DNA of 64,000 nt, taken from an uncultured Nitrososphaeraceae archaeon (GTDB taxonomy: Archaea; Thermoproteota; Nitrososphaeria; Nitrososphaerales; Nitrososphaeraceae). Below are positions 42,022-53,008 of this stretch, one piece after another. The stretch is taken from NCBI GenBank assembly GCA_963765895.1, contig CAVXZB010000084.1, positions 160,001-224,000 of the forward strand, in the 5' to 3' direction. The number at the start of each line of letters is the position of its first letter. Positions within the stretch are counted from its first letter, which is position 1. The notes below the pieces were generated by a model. It was not told the origin of the DNA and searched no databases. It worked only from the letters and a program-made list of their open reading frames with translations. The position numbers were made by a program, and so were the translations under genes.

Positions 42022-42819
42022 ATGTGTGAACTCAATCCTAAAGATTACTGGGAAAATAGATTAAAGGAAAATTTTGGATTGCACGGCACCGGCTTCCAGG
42101 GTCTCGGAAAGCGGTACAATGAATATATGTACAAGGTTAGGAGACGAGTCTTCATTCATAGAATGAGCAAATTAGATATAGACTTTGCAAATGTAAATGT
42201 GTTAGATATCGGTTCAGGTACTGGGTTTTATGTAGGCCTGTGGAAGGATCTCGGCACGATTAGTATAACTGGTACTGACATAACAACTGTAGCAGTTGAT
42301 AATTTGAGATCAATGTATCCCTCCGACGAATTCTTCCAAGTAGACATTGGCGATGAAGCGGCCTATAAGAAACTTGGTAAAAAATTTGACATTATTTCAG
42401 CTTTCGATGTATTATTTCATATCGTAGATGATACTCGATATGAGAACGCCATAAGGAATATATTCTCTTTATTGAAGCCTGGTGGATTCTTTATTTTTTC
42501 CGATAATTTTTTACATCATGATTCTATAAGGTCAGCTCGACAAGTTAGCAGATCACTGAATGTTATTCAAAAAGTGTTACGCGAAAATCATTTTGAGGTA
42601 ATACTACGCCGTCCCATGTTTGTATTAATGAACGCGCCGGTTGATACGAATCGATCTGTTTTGAGGGCTATCTGGCATACCATTACCTCAGCAGTCCAAT
42701 ATAGTGAAAGTATGGCGTTCATTGTGTGTACTATACTATACCCGATTGAACTGTTGTTAATATCGATTATCAAGGAGAGCCCTTCCACAGAGATGATGAT
42801 TTGTCGATCTGCAATTTAA
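42022..42819 (+). CDS. Class I SAM-dependent methyltransferase
   Basis: VLDIGSGTG, GTDIT, FDIISAFDVLFH, LLKPGG. Confidence 0.88.
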   Translation: MCELNPKDYWENRLKENFGLHGTGFQGLGKRYNEYMYKVRRRVFIHRMSKLDIDFANVNVLDIGSGTGFYVGLWKDLGTISITGTDITTVAVDNLRSMYPSDEFFQVDIGDEAAYKKLGKKFDIISAFDVLFHIVDDTRYENAIRNIFSLLKPGGFFIFSDNFLHHDSIRSARQVSRSLNVIQKVLRENHFEVILRRPMFVLMNAPVDTNRSVLRAIWHTITSAVQYSESMAFIVCTILYPIELLLISIIKESPSTEMMICRSAI

Positions 42820-43176
42820 GGACGTCAAATTGAGATAGATTTTTATTAATATTGGTAATAATAATACTGCATAGGTCTCAATGTAAAGTGAATCATTCTA
42901 AAGAGGGACATTAAGAGATCTAAATATTATGCGGATCATATACACTGGCTGATAAAGGATTAGCGATCAACTGGGTTGTCATTTGCTAGTGACTGGTTCG
43001 ACTTTCCAGAGAGATATCGTTGGCTAAGGATCTGATGTCTTCCTTACTGTATTTGACTACGCTTGAGAATACGCTGATTTATTGTTGGTTGTTGAGAAAA
43101 AAGTTGGCAAGTGCGGTCAAACTGAGAGTTGGGGGCACAAACTGGTCGTTTAATATTTAGCATTACCCTATTGGAG

Positions 43177-43872
43177 TTACTTCCATTCCCAGCCCTTTAT
43201 TGTACTGATACCATTCGGATTACCTTGATCTTTAAACATCATCACTGTGTTGCTCAAAGAGGAAAGGTCTCCTGTGGCGTTTGAGTTAAAGATAGCTGCG
43301 CCTGTTCCCTGCATTACCTGATTTCCAGTTACTTGCGAAGGCTGAGTAGATGGGTTATAGTGAGCAATCTCTCTAAAATTAAACGTTGCATTCCCAGCTT
43401 TTCCAGCAGTGGTTTTGATAAGGCCGCCGCCAACGATATCAGCAATTCCCTTCGATAAAGGTATAATAATTGCCCTGCCTTCAGGCTGAACAAAGTTTGT
43501 ACCATTTACTGTACCTTTACCTATGAATATTACTCCAATTGCATGTAGTCCAGTGTTCAGGACCAGAGGTTGTTGTCTAATGGTTTTCACATATTCTATA
43601 TAGAACGGATTTCCCAAAACGATGGCTTTTTTCGTTGTTGTCGTTTGGACATCATTAGAAGAAGTGGGTGTAATTTTCAATGCTTCTTTTTGAAGAGCAG
43701 ACTCCATAGTATTCGACATTGTGTTATTCGTGCTAGTCGCGTTGTTCGCATTAGTTATATTCGAGGACGCTGCATATAATTCAGTAATAAAGCTGGACTG
43801 GAAAGACAACAATCCTACCGCAAATATATTTGCTATCAAAAAAACTATGACAGCCGCTTTTTTTGATTCCAT
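43177..43872 (-). CDS. Secreted hypothetical protein
   Basis: N-terminal signal/TM, Asn/Thr-rich linker, beta-rich C-domain ending KGWEWK. Confidence 0.7.
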   Translation of the reverse strand: MESKKAAVIVFLIANIFAVGLLSFQSSFITELYAASSNITNANNATSTNNTMSNTMESALQKEALKITPTSSNDVQTTTTKKAIVLGNPFYIEYVKTIRQQPLVLNTGLHAIGVIFIGKGTVNGTNFVQPEGRAIIIPLSKGIADIVGGGLIKTTAGKAGNATFNFREIAHYNPSTQPSQVTGNQVMQGTGAAIFNSNATGDLSSLSNTVMMFKDQGNPNGISTIKGWEWK

Positions 43873-44146
43873 GTTGACTTACTTTACTTGACATCCTTTA
43901 CTTAAGGATTGCCGAGATTGGGGAATAGATTGCACCTGATAATAAGGCTAAATAGTTCTCAATCTATACTACAAGTACTAAATTCATAGCCTACCTAAAA
44001 AACTACTCAATTTGTAACTCATTTTAGGTAATCATTACAGAGATTAAAAATAATTCGTTGTTTCTGAGGATTTTGATCGCTAAATATGTCAGATTATTTA
44101 TACTACAATGCTTTCAGTGAACAGGGGGTCAACCTCGTTCGATGCA

Positions 44147-44673
44147 CTAATCAATTAGGTGATAATTCATGTGTGTGCCAATATTTACATTATGTCTCTC
44201 AGTAAAATTAGCTGTTGTTTCCAATACATATAATGAATCTGCCTCGGGTGAGTATGTTGGACATGCAATATCAATTAAGCACGGCGACAAATTACGCTCT
44301 ATGTGTACTACATTACCCCCCTTATCAAGCCAGATGATATCTATCGGAAACTTCATACCATGCATCCAAAAAGGTTCTTTAGATGGCTTTGTGAAAATGA
44401 ACAGCATTCCCCTGTTCTCATTTAGATGATCTTTAATATCCAGTCCTTTTTGAAATTCATCGTTTGTAGTCGGAACGTCTGCAAGTAGGTTAAAGCCATT
44501 CACAGTTATATTTGCTAACCTGTAGGGTGAGCTTTTGTCTGCAACACTGCCTAGATTCTTAGCTAGAATTAAGAATTCATCATTGGCCCCTCTCAGAAGC
44601 AGACCACGATATAACAAAATATACTAATGCCTATTATGGTAAATAAGAAGAGGGCGATATATTTACGCTTCAA
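44147..44673 (-). CDS. DUF192 family protein (indel in the T-run near 44617)
   Basis: KGLD...GMLFIF...FWMHGMKFPIDIIWLD...YVLE; the signal peptide KRKYIALFLFTIIGISI lies in an adjacent frame upstream. Confidence 0.82.
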
Positions 44674-44899
44674 ATGACATTTCTAATATACCATAAACCT
44701 ATCAATGAATTAAAAAGATTTCTAGTTGAGTATTTATAAGGCCATTTCTAAAATTGGACATAGATAACACGTCTCCAAAGATTCTCTTCAATAATAATAT
44801 TTCATAGAAACTTTAGTACTGTATATCGATCTTGGCTATAATAGACTGGTAGAAGCTATAAATTCTTATCCTAAGCCAATATTCGTCGTATTTGAGCGA

Positions 44900-45436
44900 T
44901 TGAATTTAGAATACGTAATTAGTAGTCCAAAACCAAAGGAAGCTAATATATCATTAAATGGCACACAAATTGCAAAAATAAGTAAGGAGGGTAACCTAAC
45001 ATTCAAACTTGTCGATGAGAGAGATGGTCACGAATGGATCTTTAGTAGCAAGGTTCACGGCGAGTTTCGGCCCTTCTCTCTATCCATATCAGAGATAAAG
45101 AATGGAAACGTTGAGACTGAAGTTCTGACTATTCGAGAACATCTCTTTAGACATAACGGTAAATTTTATATGCTAACAAATCATCCGGAATGGAAATCTT
45201 GGAATGATTATGTGAGCAGTCCGAGATACATCTCAAGATTAGATAATTTCCCGTTTAGGGATCTAGTAGAAATCGATCATCATACTAGACAAAGAATTAA
45301 GAGATTTAGAGGAATAGCCGTAGGCGAGGCTTCAGGTTTCGGCACGGATGGCCATCGCATAAAACTAAGCAATGAACTGGAGGAAATTGGACTGTTGATT
45401 GCCGTCGCATCCTTTGTCTTGTACTCAATAGGCTAG
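44900..45436 (+). CDS. Hypothetical protein (beta-rich with a C-terminal hydrophobic helix)
   Basis: 178-aa ORF; C-terminal IGLLIAVASFVLY helix is reminiscent of tubby/LURP-type folds (inference). Confidence 0.6.
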   Translation: MNLEYVISSPKPKEANISLNGTQIAKISKEGNLTFKLVDERDGHEWIFSSKVHGEFRPFSLSISEIKNGNVETEVLTIREHLFRHNGKFYMLTNHPEWKSWNDYVSSPRYISRLDNFPFRDLVEIDHHTRQRIKRFRGIAVGEASGFGTDGHRIKLSNELEEIGLLIAVASFVLYSIG

Positions 45437-45537
45437 GATTGACTCGAAACCTATCAATTCTTAGGAATGTATGCCTCAGTGTTGCTAAACCAGCCTATAA
45501 TAAAAGTAAATATGTAGAGAACATAACATGATTTTTG

Positions 45538-47008
45538 ATGGAAGTAGAACCTAATCGCATTGGTCAGTTTCCATTTCGAATGTCAGATCCTGAAAAGAGA
45601 AAAGAGGATTTTTCCGAAGTACAACAACCCTACACCAAAGAGGAAGTTATGAAAGAGACTGAAAGATGTTTGTTGTGTGGAACGCCTGTTGTATAGATGC
45701 ATGCCCCGTTTTAATGGATGTTAGGGGTATGAATGAAGCCGTAGCCCGGGGCGACTTCAAGAAAGCACACGAACGTATAAAGGAAACTAATTCACTTTTG
45801 GGCGTAACAGCTAGATGCTGCCCTCAGCTACAGGGCCTGTGTGAGGATGCATGTGTATTGCGTTGGAGCGGCCAGTCTATTGGGATTGGATTAATTCAAA
45901 GATACATTGCAGATTGGGAACAAAAGCAACAGAATAAGGAAAAACCATCAATGTTGACAGATACCAACAAAACAATAGCAATAATTGGAGCTGGACCTGC
46001 GGGGATAGCGGCAGTGAGCTTTTGAAAAGATACGGACATCATGTACTAATCTACGAGGAACTAAAGACACCTGGCGGGACAGCTTGGTACCGCATACCTG
46101 ATTATCATCTCCCAAAGGATGTATTACTTTATGAGATTGAAAGGATAAAGGATATGGATATTGAAATAAAAACTAGTATAAAGATTGGGAGGGATATTTC
46201 GCGGTCCCAATTGAAAGAAGAAAATAATGCTATCCTAATTACTACTGGTTCTAAAGATACCAATAAACTCGATACTCCAGGTATTGAATTGAAAGGAGTA
46301 ATTGACGGCTACCAGTTTTTAGAAGATGTATTCAGAGACGGAATTGATAACTATCTAAGAAAGACACCTCAAAAATATCATCTGGGAATCGATGTTATAG
46401 TAGTTGGTGGTGGGGACACGGTGCTAGATTGTGCAAGAACAGCGCTTAGATTAACTCAAGGCAATATTATGATAGCATACAGATGGACTGAATATGATAT
46501 GCCGGCTGATCCCATAATGCTTCAGGAAGCTAAGGAGGAAGGGATAGAATTTGTATTTCTTGCTGAACCAAAGGCATACCAGGGCCACGATGGAAGCGTC
46601 ACTTCAATAATTATGAACAGGATGCTACTCGGAGCACCCGATCATAGCGGTCGCAGAAGTCCGGAACCAATTTCGAATCAGGAATTTAAAATGGAATGTT
46701 CTAGTGTACTGCTAGCAGTAGGACGGGAACAGGATTCCTTCATACAAACAAAGGCTGGAATTAAAACCAGTAAACATAAATCAATTGCAGTTGATAATCA
46801 ATATAAAACTTCAATGAAAGGAGTCTTTGCCGCCGGTGACGTGACCACTGGAGAAACGCTTGTGGTGAAGGCAATGTCATCGGGTAGAGAAGCTGATCAG
46901 AGAATACATGAATACTTAATGAATTTAGAAGAAAATCATACTTCCTTCTACGAAAGATATTACAAGGAAAACTTTTATGATAGGATGCTAGAAGGCGGTA
47001 AGGCTTGA
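45538..47008 (+). pseudogene. GltD/SudA/DPD-A-like FAD/Fe-S oxidoreductase with two frameshifts (near 45690 and 46020)
   Basis: EKRKEDFSEV...ERCLLCGTP/CIDACP, ARCCPQLQGLCEDAC, IIGAGPAG, IPDYHLP, VVGGGDT, FAAGDVTTG. Confidence 0.8.
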
Positions 47009-47169
47009 CCTCTACCAGAATAAAAGTAAATAGGCTTGAATTCACCAGATTACAACTCTGGCAGCTATGGAGCAAATTCCACAATTGTATGATATTGCGA
47101 GTGGGTCCGAAGAATGGTTAAGTAATCCAACAGCATTATAGATGAAGTATAATTGGAGATTATTGTCTA

Positions 47170-47406
47170 ATGACTGATGACGTTAGATCTGAGGATGTTA
47201 TAACAAGATGGCAGAAGAAAATTGAAATGATAGGTATTGATATAAGGGGCCTAGAACAAGATATTCAGACTGGGCGGATAAGATTAAAAACTAAGTTCAT
47301 AAATCAACATTTCATTAACGAGTTGGATAAAATTGGTCTCCTTCTGATAGGTATAACAGGAACCTTCACGGGAAAGCTTCTGATAAATCTAGAGCCTAAA
47401 GTTTGA
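47170..47406 (+). CDS. Hypothetical protein (78 aa)
   Basis: ATG ORF preceded by TATAAT-like box; no motif. Confidence 0.5.
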   Translation: MTDDVRSEDVITRWQKKIEMIGIDIRGLEQDIQTGRIRLKTKFINQHFINELDKIGLLLIGITGTFTGKLLINLEPKV

Positions 47407-47602
47407 AATTTAAAACGAATTTATTAGAAGGATATGACAGGAGCGATAATCTATTAGTCGTGTATTCCAATGCCAGTCATGTTTACTATAATAAGCCATT
47501 CCTTTTTTTGACGTGTATGATACATAATTTTAAAATTTCACCATAGTCTAAGTCCATCTGCTTTATCATAGATTTCATCAACACACGAATTAATTTGACT
47601 GA

Positions 47603-48631
47603 TTAGAGGGCATTAACCAATCTTCTCATTTTGCCAAAGTTTATTTCGAATCCAAAACGTTTCTCCTCCTTTTTCATATTCATATACATACTCATTATCA
47701 AATTCAAATGTCTAACCATGTTTAGTTTATTTTCCATTTTTAACCTTACAATTCTGTAGACATCATCGTAATACGCGAATTTTTTTAATACTTTTTTCCT
47801 ATACTCGTCAATATTAGGCATGGTGCTCTCTTCCAAAGTTTCAAGAAATAAATCGCAGCACAATAAAGACGGTATTATCCCTTCCCCCAGCATTGGGAAT
47901 ACACATCCGATTGATTCCCCTACGCCAACTACATTGCCAGAGGTGAATGGCTCCATTCTTTTGGGTGGGGCTAATCGTATGGGTCTACCTATTTTTCTAA
48001 TAATTTTTGATTTTGGATATCTTCTGAAAAAATCTCGTATACCATAATATTTTCTATCAATATCACCAGCTCCGATGTATGCTTTTTCCTTATCAAGCGG
48101 GAAATACCAAAAGTAGCCCCTTGCCCCCTTGTAACCTATGACATAAAATTCTTCTAGTGCCTGAGTATTTTCGACAAGATATTCGTAGGCAGGTATGATA
48201 AAATCCTCATTGGATTTTGGTAACATAGTACCATGAAAACCCGTACAATCAATCACGAGATCATATTTGAAAGAAGGAAAAGTGTTGGCCAGGCACGGTG
48301 TTCCATATTCAATTTTAATTCCTGCCAGCATATCCTGTTCCCATCTACGTTTGTCGTACGTCACAAGTCCTCTCAAATCAAGGGTCTCTGTAATATTATT
48401 CGGAAGATCCATTTTCAGGACTTTACCTATGTGAAGCACGTAGTTATCAAAATTTAAACCCGCCTTAGCTGAAAACCTGGAAAGCATATGATATGAGGCT
48501 CCCCATGCGCATACCGGCCAATGATTCTCCTTTTTGCTTGCTTCAAATATATTCACATCGTGACCGCTCCTATTAAGCAGGCAGCCCAGATAGCTACCAG
48601 CCACCCCTGCGCCGGCAATGGCTATCTTCAT
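47603..48631 (-). CDS. Geranylgeranyl reductase-like FAD oxidoreductase
   Basis: MKIAIAGAGVAG, CAWG, GYFWYFP, VGESIGCVFPMLGEGI. Confidence 0.85.
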   Translation of the reverse strand: MKIAIAGAGVAGSYLGCLLNRSGHDVNIFEASKKENHWPVCAWGASYHMLSRFSAKAGLNFDNYVLHIGKVLKMDLPNNITETLDLRGLVTYDKRRWEQDMLAGIKIEYGTPCLANTFPSFKYDLVIDCTGFHGTMLPKSNEDFIIPAYEYLVENTQALEEFYVIGYKGARGYFWYFPLDKEKAYIGAGDIDRKYYGIRDFFRRYPKSKIIRKIGRPIRLAPPKRMEPFTSGNVVGVGESIGCVFPMLGEGIIPSLLCCDLFLETLEESTMPNIDEYRKKVLKKFAYYDDVYRIVRLKMENKLNMVRHLNLIMSMYMNMKKEEKRFGFEINFGKMRRLVNAL

Positions 48632-49021
48632 TATATTCTCATTGTTTAGAAAGAATAACTTATAATTCTTATCAAGTTTGATATGCATTAAATTAATGTG
48701 AACAAATTCTCAACACTATTTTGAACAGTATTCTCCTCATTAGTAAATTCTAGTTCTTATCGTAGTAAACAAGTATCAACAACTGATTTAATCCAGATTT
48801 TTTACAAATGTAACCGCTGTGAAAATCTCGAAGCAAGTTATTTTTGAATGGGCTGATAGTAGTATTTTTCTATTGGTTAGTCACAGTAGAATGATTACTT
48901 CTACCATTACTTATTTTCAATCAATAAGCCAATTACATACTTATGTTGAATAGGCACGAATCTGGAATTTAGTACAAATAATAGTTTCACATAAATACCT
49001 TATTTTCTAGCCATTTTCTGA

Positions 49022-49828
49022 ATGAAACGAACTATAATGACGTACACCATAGCAACAATAGTGTCATTGGCGGCAATAGGAGGACTAATATTTCAACCAT
49101 CATCACAAATGGCACAAGCGCAGACAATACCACCAGCAGCAGGGCCGGTTGTAACTAATCCTACTTGCGGGGATCGTGTCACCGGAGTTGTGACTCTAAC
49201 TTCAAATCTTGTGTGCGCTGGGGACGGCATAATCGTAGGTGCTGATAATACAGTAATAAACATGAATGGATATTCGATTAAGAACTCTGCAAGCGGAACA
49301 TCTAACAATAAAGTGGGAATCATGGTACCAATGTATGATAACGTTGTGATCAATGGTCCAGGAACGATAAGTAACTTCCAAGCTGGGATATTAGCAACAG
49401 GAGCTAGTCACTTGAGCGTATCAACAGGCGTAATATTATTGAATAACGAAATAGGCGTATTTATGACAGGTGCAGATCACGCACAATTGGCGATGGACTT
49501 GTTCCTATCAAATAACATAGGATTTGCTACTCATTCCGTAAGCGACCTTGCCTTAAAGAGCAATACCTTCTCTAATAATAGACTAGCAGGTATAACCTTG
49601 GTTAACACACATGGTGCTACATTAGATACAAATAATGTTCAAGGAAGCGACAATGGCATATTCACAGACTCACAGAGCGAAGGCAATCATATAGTAACAA
49701 ACTCAATGAAACAAAATAAAATAGATATCAACAATGCAAATGGATTACCGTCAAATATTAACTCAAACCAATTCGTCGGAAATAACTGTGATACTAGCAA
49801 CCCATCTGGTATATGCATTGCAAAGTAA
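49022..49828 (+). CDS. Secreted right-handed parallel beta-helix (NosD/CASH-like) protein
   Basis: Signal peptide; CG...TLTSNLVCAGDGI; repeated N-N-x-x-G-I coils. Confidence 0.8.
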   Translation: MKRTIMTYTIATIVSLAAIGGLIFQPSSQMAQAQTIPPAAGPVVTNPTCGDRVTGVVTLTSNLVCAGDGIIVGADNTVINMNGYSIKNSASGTSNNKVGIMVPMYDNVVINGPGTISNFQAGILATGASHLSVSTGVILLNNEIGVFMTGADHAQLAMDLFLSNNIGFATHSVSDLALKSNTFSNNRLAGITLVNTHGATLDTNNVQGSDNGIFTDSQSEGNHIVTNSMKQNKIDINNANGLPSNINSNQFVGNNCDTSNPSGICIAK

Positions 49829-50192
49829 ACAGTAATAACGAGTACGAACGCAACCCATCTTCTTTTTATTCTTATTCTAATTATTATCTTTACAAATTAT
49901 ATCTCTAGGGCTCTGTTATATTACCGCAAGCTGGCTATAACATCAATCAATGTTACGGCTGCGTAGATTTTAGTACATATCACCAATAAGACATAGAAAA
50001 CTGATAGATAAGATATTTAACATTGGTTTTAGATTACCACATCAAGATGTATGTAATCAAGCCAAGTCACTATGAGCTTTATGCCTACTGCGTATCTCCT
50101 TATTTCTAGTGACATTGCACTACATTTGTAACTGTACTTTTGCCTAGAATAGAAGATAGAAATAAATAAATTTAATACCAATCCTCTTTCAC

Positions 50193-50707
50193 ATGATGAA
50201 TAATAAACAACAGGTGAGTTATCGATTATTCTCCACACTAGCCGTTCTAAGTATTCTAATCGGATCAGTGGTTATACTAAATCATAACACACTTTTTCAA
50301 AGGGTTTTTGCACAACAGACAAATAATTCCACCGTTCGCCAAACTCCAGGTAAGTCACCTGAGGATTTGGTAAATTCTCTCATGTCTCCAAAATCTCTTA
50401 TGGAATCAGTTATTAACCAAACTCGTAATACTAACGCGACAAATTTTGCCGCGAAGCAAATTCTTTCTAAAGTAAATGTGACTAATAGTACAGCCGCTGG
50501 TATGAATGGGACGAATAGTACAGCCCGCTGGTATGAATGGGACGAATAGGTACAGCCGCTGGTATGAATGGGACGAATAGTACAGCCGCTGGTATGAATG
50601 GGACGAATAGTACAGCCGCTGGTATGAATTCTGTCATACAGAAATTACAGAATACTAATGCGACAAATTTTGCCACTCATGCCATTATCGACGCAATTAA
50701 GAGATAG
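50193..50707 (+). CDS. Secreted low-complexity protein with NSTAAGMNGT repeats (two +1 indels inside the repeats)
   Basis: Signal peptide ending VFAQ; removing the extra C (~50525) and extra G (~50550) restores the frame to TAG at 50705-50707. Confidence 0.7.
50484..50629 (+). repeat. Tandem 30-bp repeat AATAGTACAGCCGCTGGTATGAATGGGACG, about 4.8 copies
   Basis: Copies start at 50484, 50514, 50545, 50576 and 50606 (partial); no spacers. Confidence 0.95.
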
Positions 50708-50908
50708 ATAGCGAGTACATCATCTGTAATGTATAGATGACTTACCGCCGTGGTAAAATTGGTAAATTGTAACCAATATCTTACCTTATCTTGTCTAATC
50801 TCGGTATCCTAGTGGCAAAAAATGTATGCTGTAGTTAGAATTTTACATCTTATAAGAGCTTTGCATTAAGTGTATTGAACGAACATCTTAGATATTCAAA
50901 TTTAAACA

Positions 50909-51073
50909 TCAAGCGCTTTCTAAGTGTGCATCTTTAATCCTGAGTCTGGCATACTTGTCGTCCGGAGAATATCTTGCGGGATGAGCGGAAAAAGTGGGTG
51001 ATTTACACTTTGGGCATTCGTACTTCATTGTATATGCCCCACACGATTGACACCTTCTCAGAAGAAGTCTCAT
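50909..51073 (-). CDS. nop10: H/ACA RNP protein Nop10 (54 aa; not in ORF track)
   Basis: Hand translation MRLLLRRCQSCGAYTMKYECPKCKSPTFSAHPARYSPDDKYARLRIKDAHLESA; directly downstream of aIF2-alpha. Confidence 0.95.
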   Translation of the reverse strand: MRLLLRRCQSCGAYTMKYECPKCKSPTFSAHPARYSPDDKYARLRIKDAHLESA

Positions 51074-51081
51074 TCTTTGAA

Positions 51082-51891
51082 CTATCCAGAAGAGTGTGTC
51101 TTTTTAGATTCAAGGCGGATGAAGTTAAATGTTCCATGGTGTTTAATTATCGATGAACGGACTTTATCTACCACATTATTCATTATTTTTTCTGCCATCT
51201 TGAAATTCTCTGTGGTAATCACAATCCTGTAACGTGGGGCGGCTATGTATGAAATGGCGACCTGCGAATTGTTTTTATTACTTTCTACGGATGATAGTAC
51301 AGATTTAACAACCTCTATTCCATCAGGTTTTTTAATTGAAATCTCAAAAATTCCTCGTATTTCGACGTGTGGAATCTGAATCTTCTTGCTTTCCTCTTCA
51401 ATCGCCTTAACAATTTCAGCTGAGAGATCTAGATTCTGAATTGGCTCCACTCCTTTTCTGGCTGCGGCCTCGAAAAGGTCGTATACATAATCATATTTTT
51501 GCAATATCTTTTCTTCGAGTTCCTTCATCTGCGTATCTGTAAGGTTCGCTTTGGACTTAATAATCTCCATAAATGCCGAAGCTTTTTCACTCTTCTTCAC
51601 TTCGATGACTTTGGATTTTCTTTCTTCTCCAGAGACCTGTTTTAGTGAAAGGTCAACCTCAGCTCTAGCTTTATCTACCCTAATTACCTTTAGGACTAGT
51701 TTTTGTTTAGGTTTTACATATCGCTCAATATTTCGAATCCAACCTGTCGCGATTTCCGAAATGTGAAGAAAACCCGTCATTCCTTTATATTCATCTAAAC
51801 CAACATAAGCGCCATGTCCAGTAACTTGTTTAACAGATACAATGACAATGTCTCCTTCATCAGGAAGTTGTCGTAACTCGGCAGTAACCAT
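51082..51891 (-). CDS. eif2a: Translation initiation factor aIF2 alpha subunit
   Basis: LPDEGDIV S1 domain, GAYVGLDEY, LHISEIATGWIRNI, VDLSLKQV, APRYRI. Confidence 0.95.
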   Translation of the reverse strand: MVTAELRQLPDEGDIVIVSVKQVTGHGAYVGLDEYKGMTGFLHISEIATGWIRNIERYVKPKQKLVLKVIRVDKARAEVDLSLKQVSGEERKSKVIEVKKSEKASAFMEIIKSKANLTDTQMKELEEKILQKYDYVYDLFEAAARKGVEPIQNLDLSAEIVKAIEEESKKIQIPHVEIRGIFEISIKKPDGIEVVKSVLSSVESNKNNSQVAISYIAAPRYRIVITTENFKMAEKIMNNVVDKVRSSIIKHHGTFNFIRLESKKTHSSG

Positions 51892-52121
51892 TTATAGGGG
51901 TAAACCGAACAAGTCGCATACTTTAACGTTACCATCCTTACAATTTGCTTACCTTCATTGCCATTCGGATCTTAATTTGCGACACAGTCAAAATATGTAA
52001 TTAGCAATAGGCATGGAATATACTTCTAAGTAGCAATGTCGGCACAGGCACATCCATGAATATAGGAATTTGGACCAAGTTCACTTTTTATACATGTTAA
52101 ATTTATTGGATTTAATCATTA

Positions 52122-52673
52122 ATGCAAACTGATAGCATGTTCAACAAAAGTGGTCTCATAGTCGTGTACACTGGAAACGGTAAGGGTAAAACTACTGCGG
52201 CTCTAGGCATTGCCTTGCGGTCAGTAGGACATGGCCATAAGGTATGGATGATTCAATTCATAAAGGGCGAATGGTATTATGGCGAACTCACTAGCTCAAA
52301 AAGATTGGAACCTGAATTTGAATTAATAGCAGCTGGCAAAGGCTTTGTAGGAATCTTAGATGATGATCACTCAATAGCCGAACATCAAACGGCCGCAAAA
52401 AATGCTGTTGTGTTAGCAAAAAACAAAATCACTTCAGGAGAATACGATGTAATCATCCTAGATGAGATCAACTATGCTGTAAAACTGAGTTTAATACCAA
52501 AAGAAGATGTAATAAATATATTGAAACTGGTTCCTAGGCAGACAACAATTGTACTTACTGGTAACTATGCGCTTCCAGAAATTATAGATATGGCCGATAT
52601 AGTGACTGAAATGAAGGAGATTAAGCATCCTTATCGATCGGGATTGAAAGCGAAGGAAGGTATAGATTATTAG
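52122..52673 (+). CDS. cobO: Cob(I)alamin/corrinoid adenosyltransferase (CobA/BtuR/CobO)
   Basis: VYTGNGKGKTTAALG, QFIKG, ILDEIN, LTG, KHPY...GIDY. Confidence 0.93.
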   Translation: MQTDSMFNKSGLIVVYTGNGKGKTTAALGIALRSVGHGHKVWMIQFIKGEWYYGELTSSKRLEPEFELIAAGKGFVGILDDDHSIAEHQTAAKNAVVLAKNKITSGEYDVIILDEINYAVKLSLIPKEDVINILKLVPRQTTIVLTGNYALPEIIDMADIVTEMKEIKHPYRSGLKAKEGIDY

Positions 52674-53008
52674 CACTTGAATAATGCTTCATCCAACAGC
52701 GAAAACCTTAGCCCGCAGAATTGGGCGATGCACTAACCTGTGTCCCTTGTCTCATTCAGAAATAATTAAGTTCCGGCGAAGAGAATAATGAAGACGCAAG
52801 GATATAACACCGTGTTTATTTTTGTCAAGCTATGCATTTTCCCGATTTTCCCTCGATCCCTTAAAAGTCGCGATTTCGGTTCTAGACCACCTAGTATCAT
52901 TAAGATTTACCTTGGCTCAATTTCATATTTAATTCAATACAATTACCAATTGAAAATTATGTGAATCTTCACATATATATACAAGCAAAATTTTTACTAG
53001 TAATTATA

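Noticed and set aside
50484-50629. 30-bp repeats as a CRISPR array
   Set aside because: Head-to-tail with no unique spacers, unit length a multiple of 3, inside a signal-peptide ORF; no cas genes in the window.
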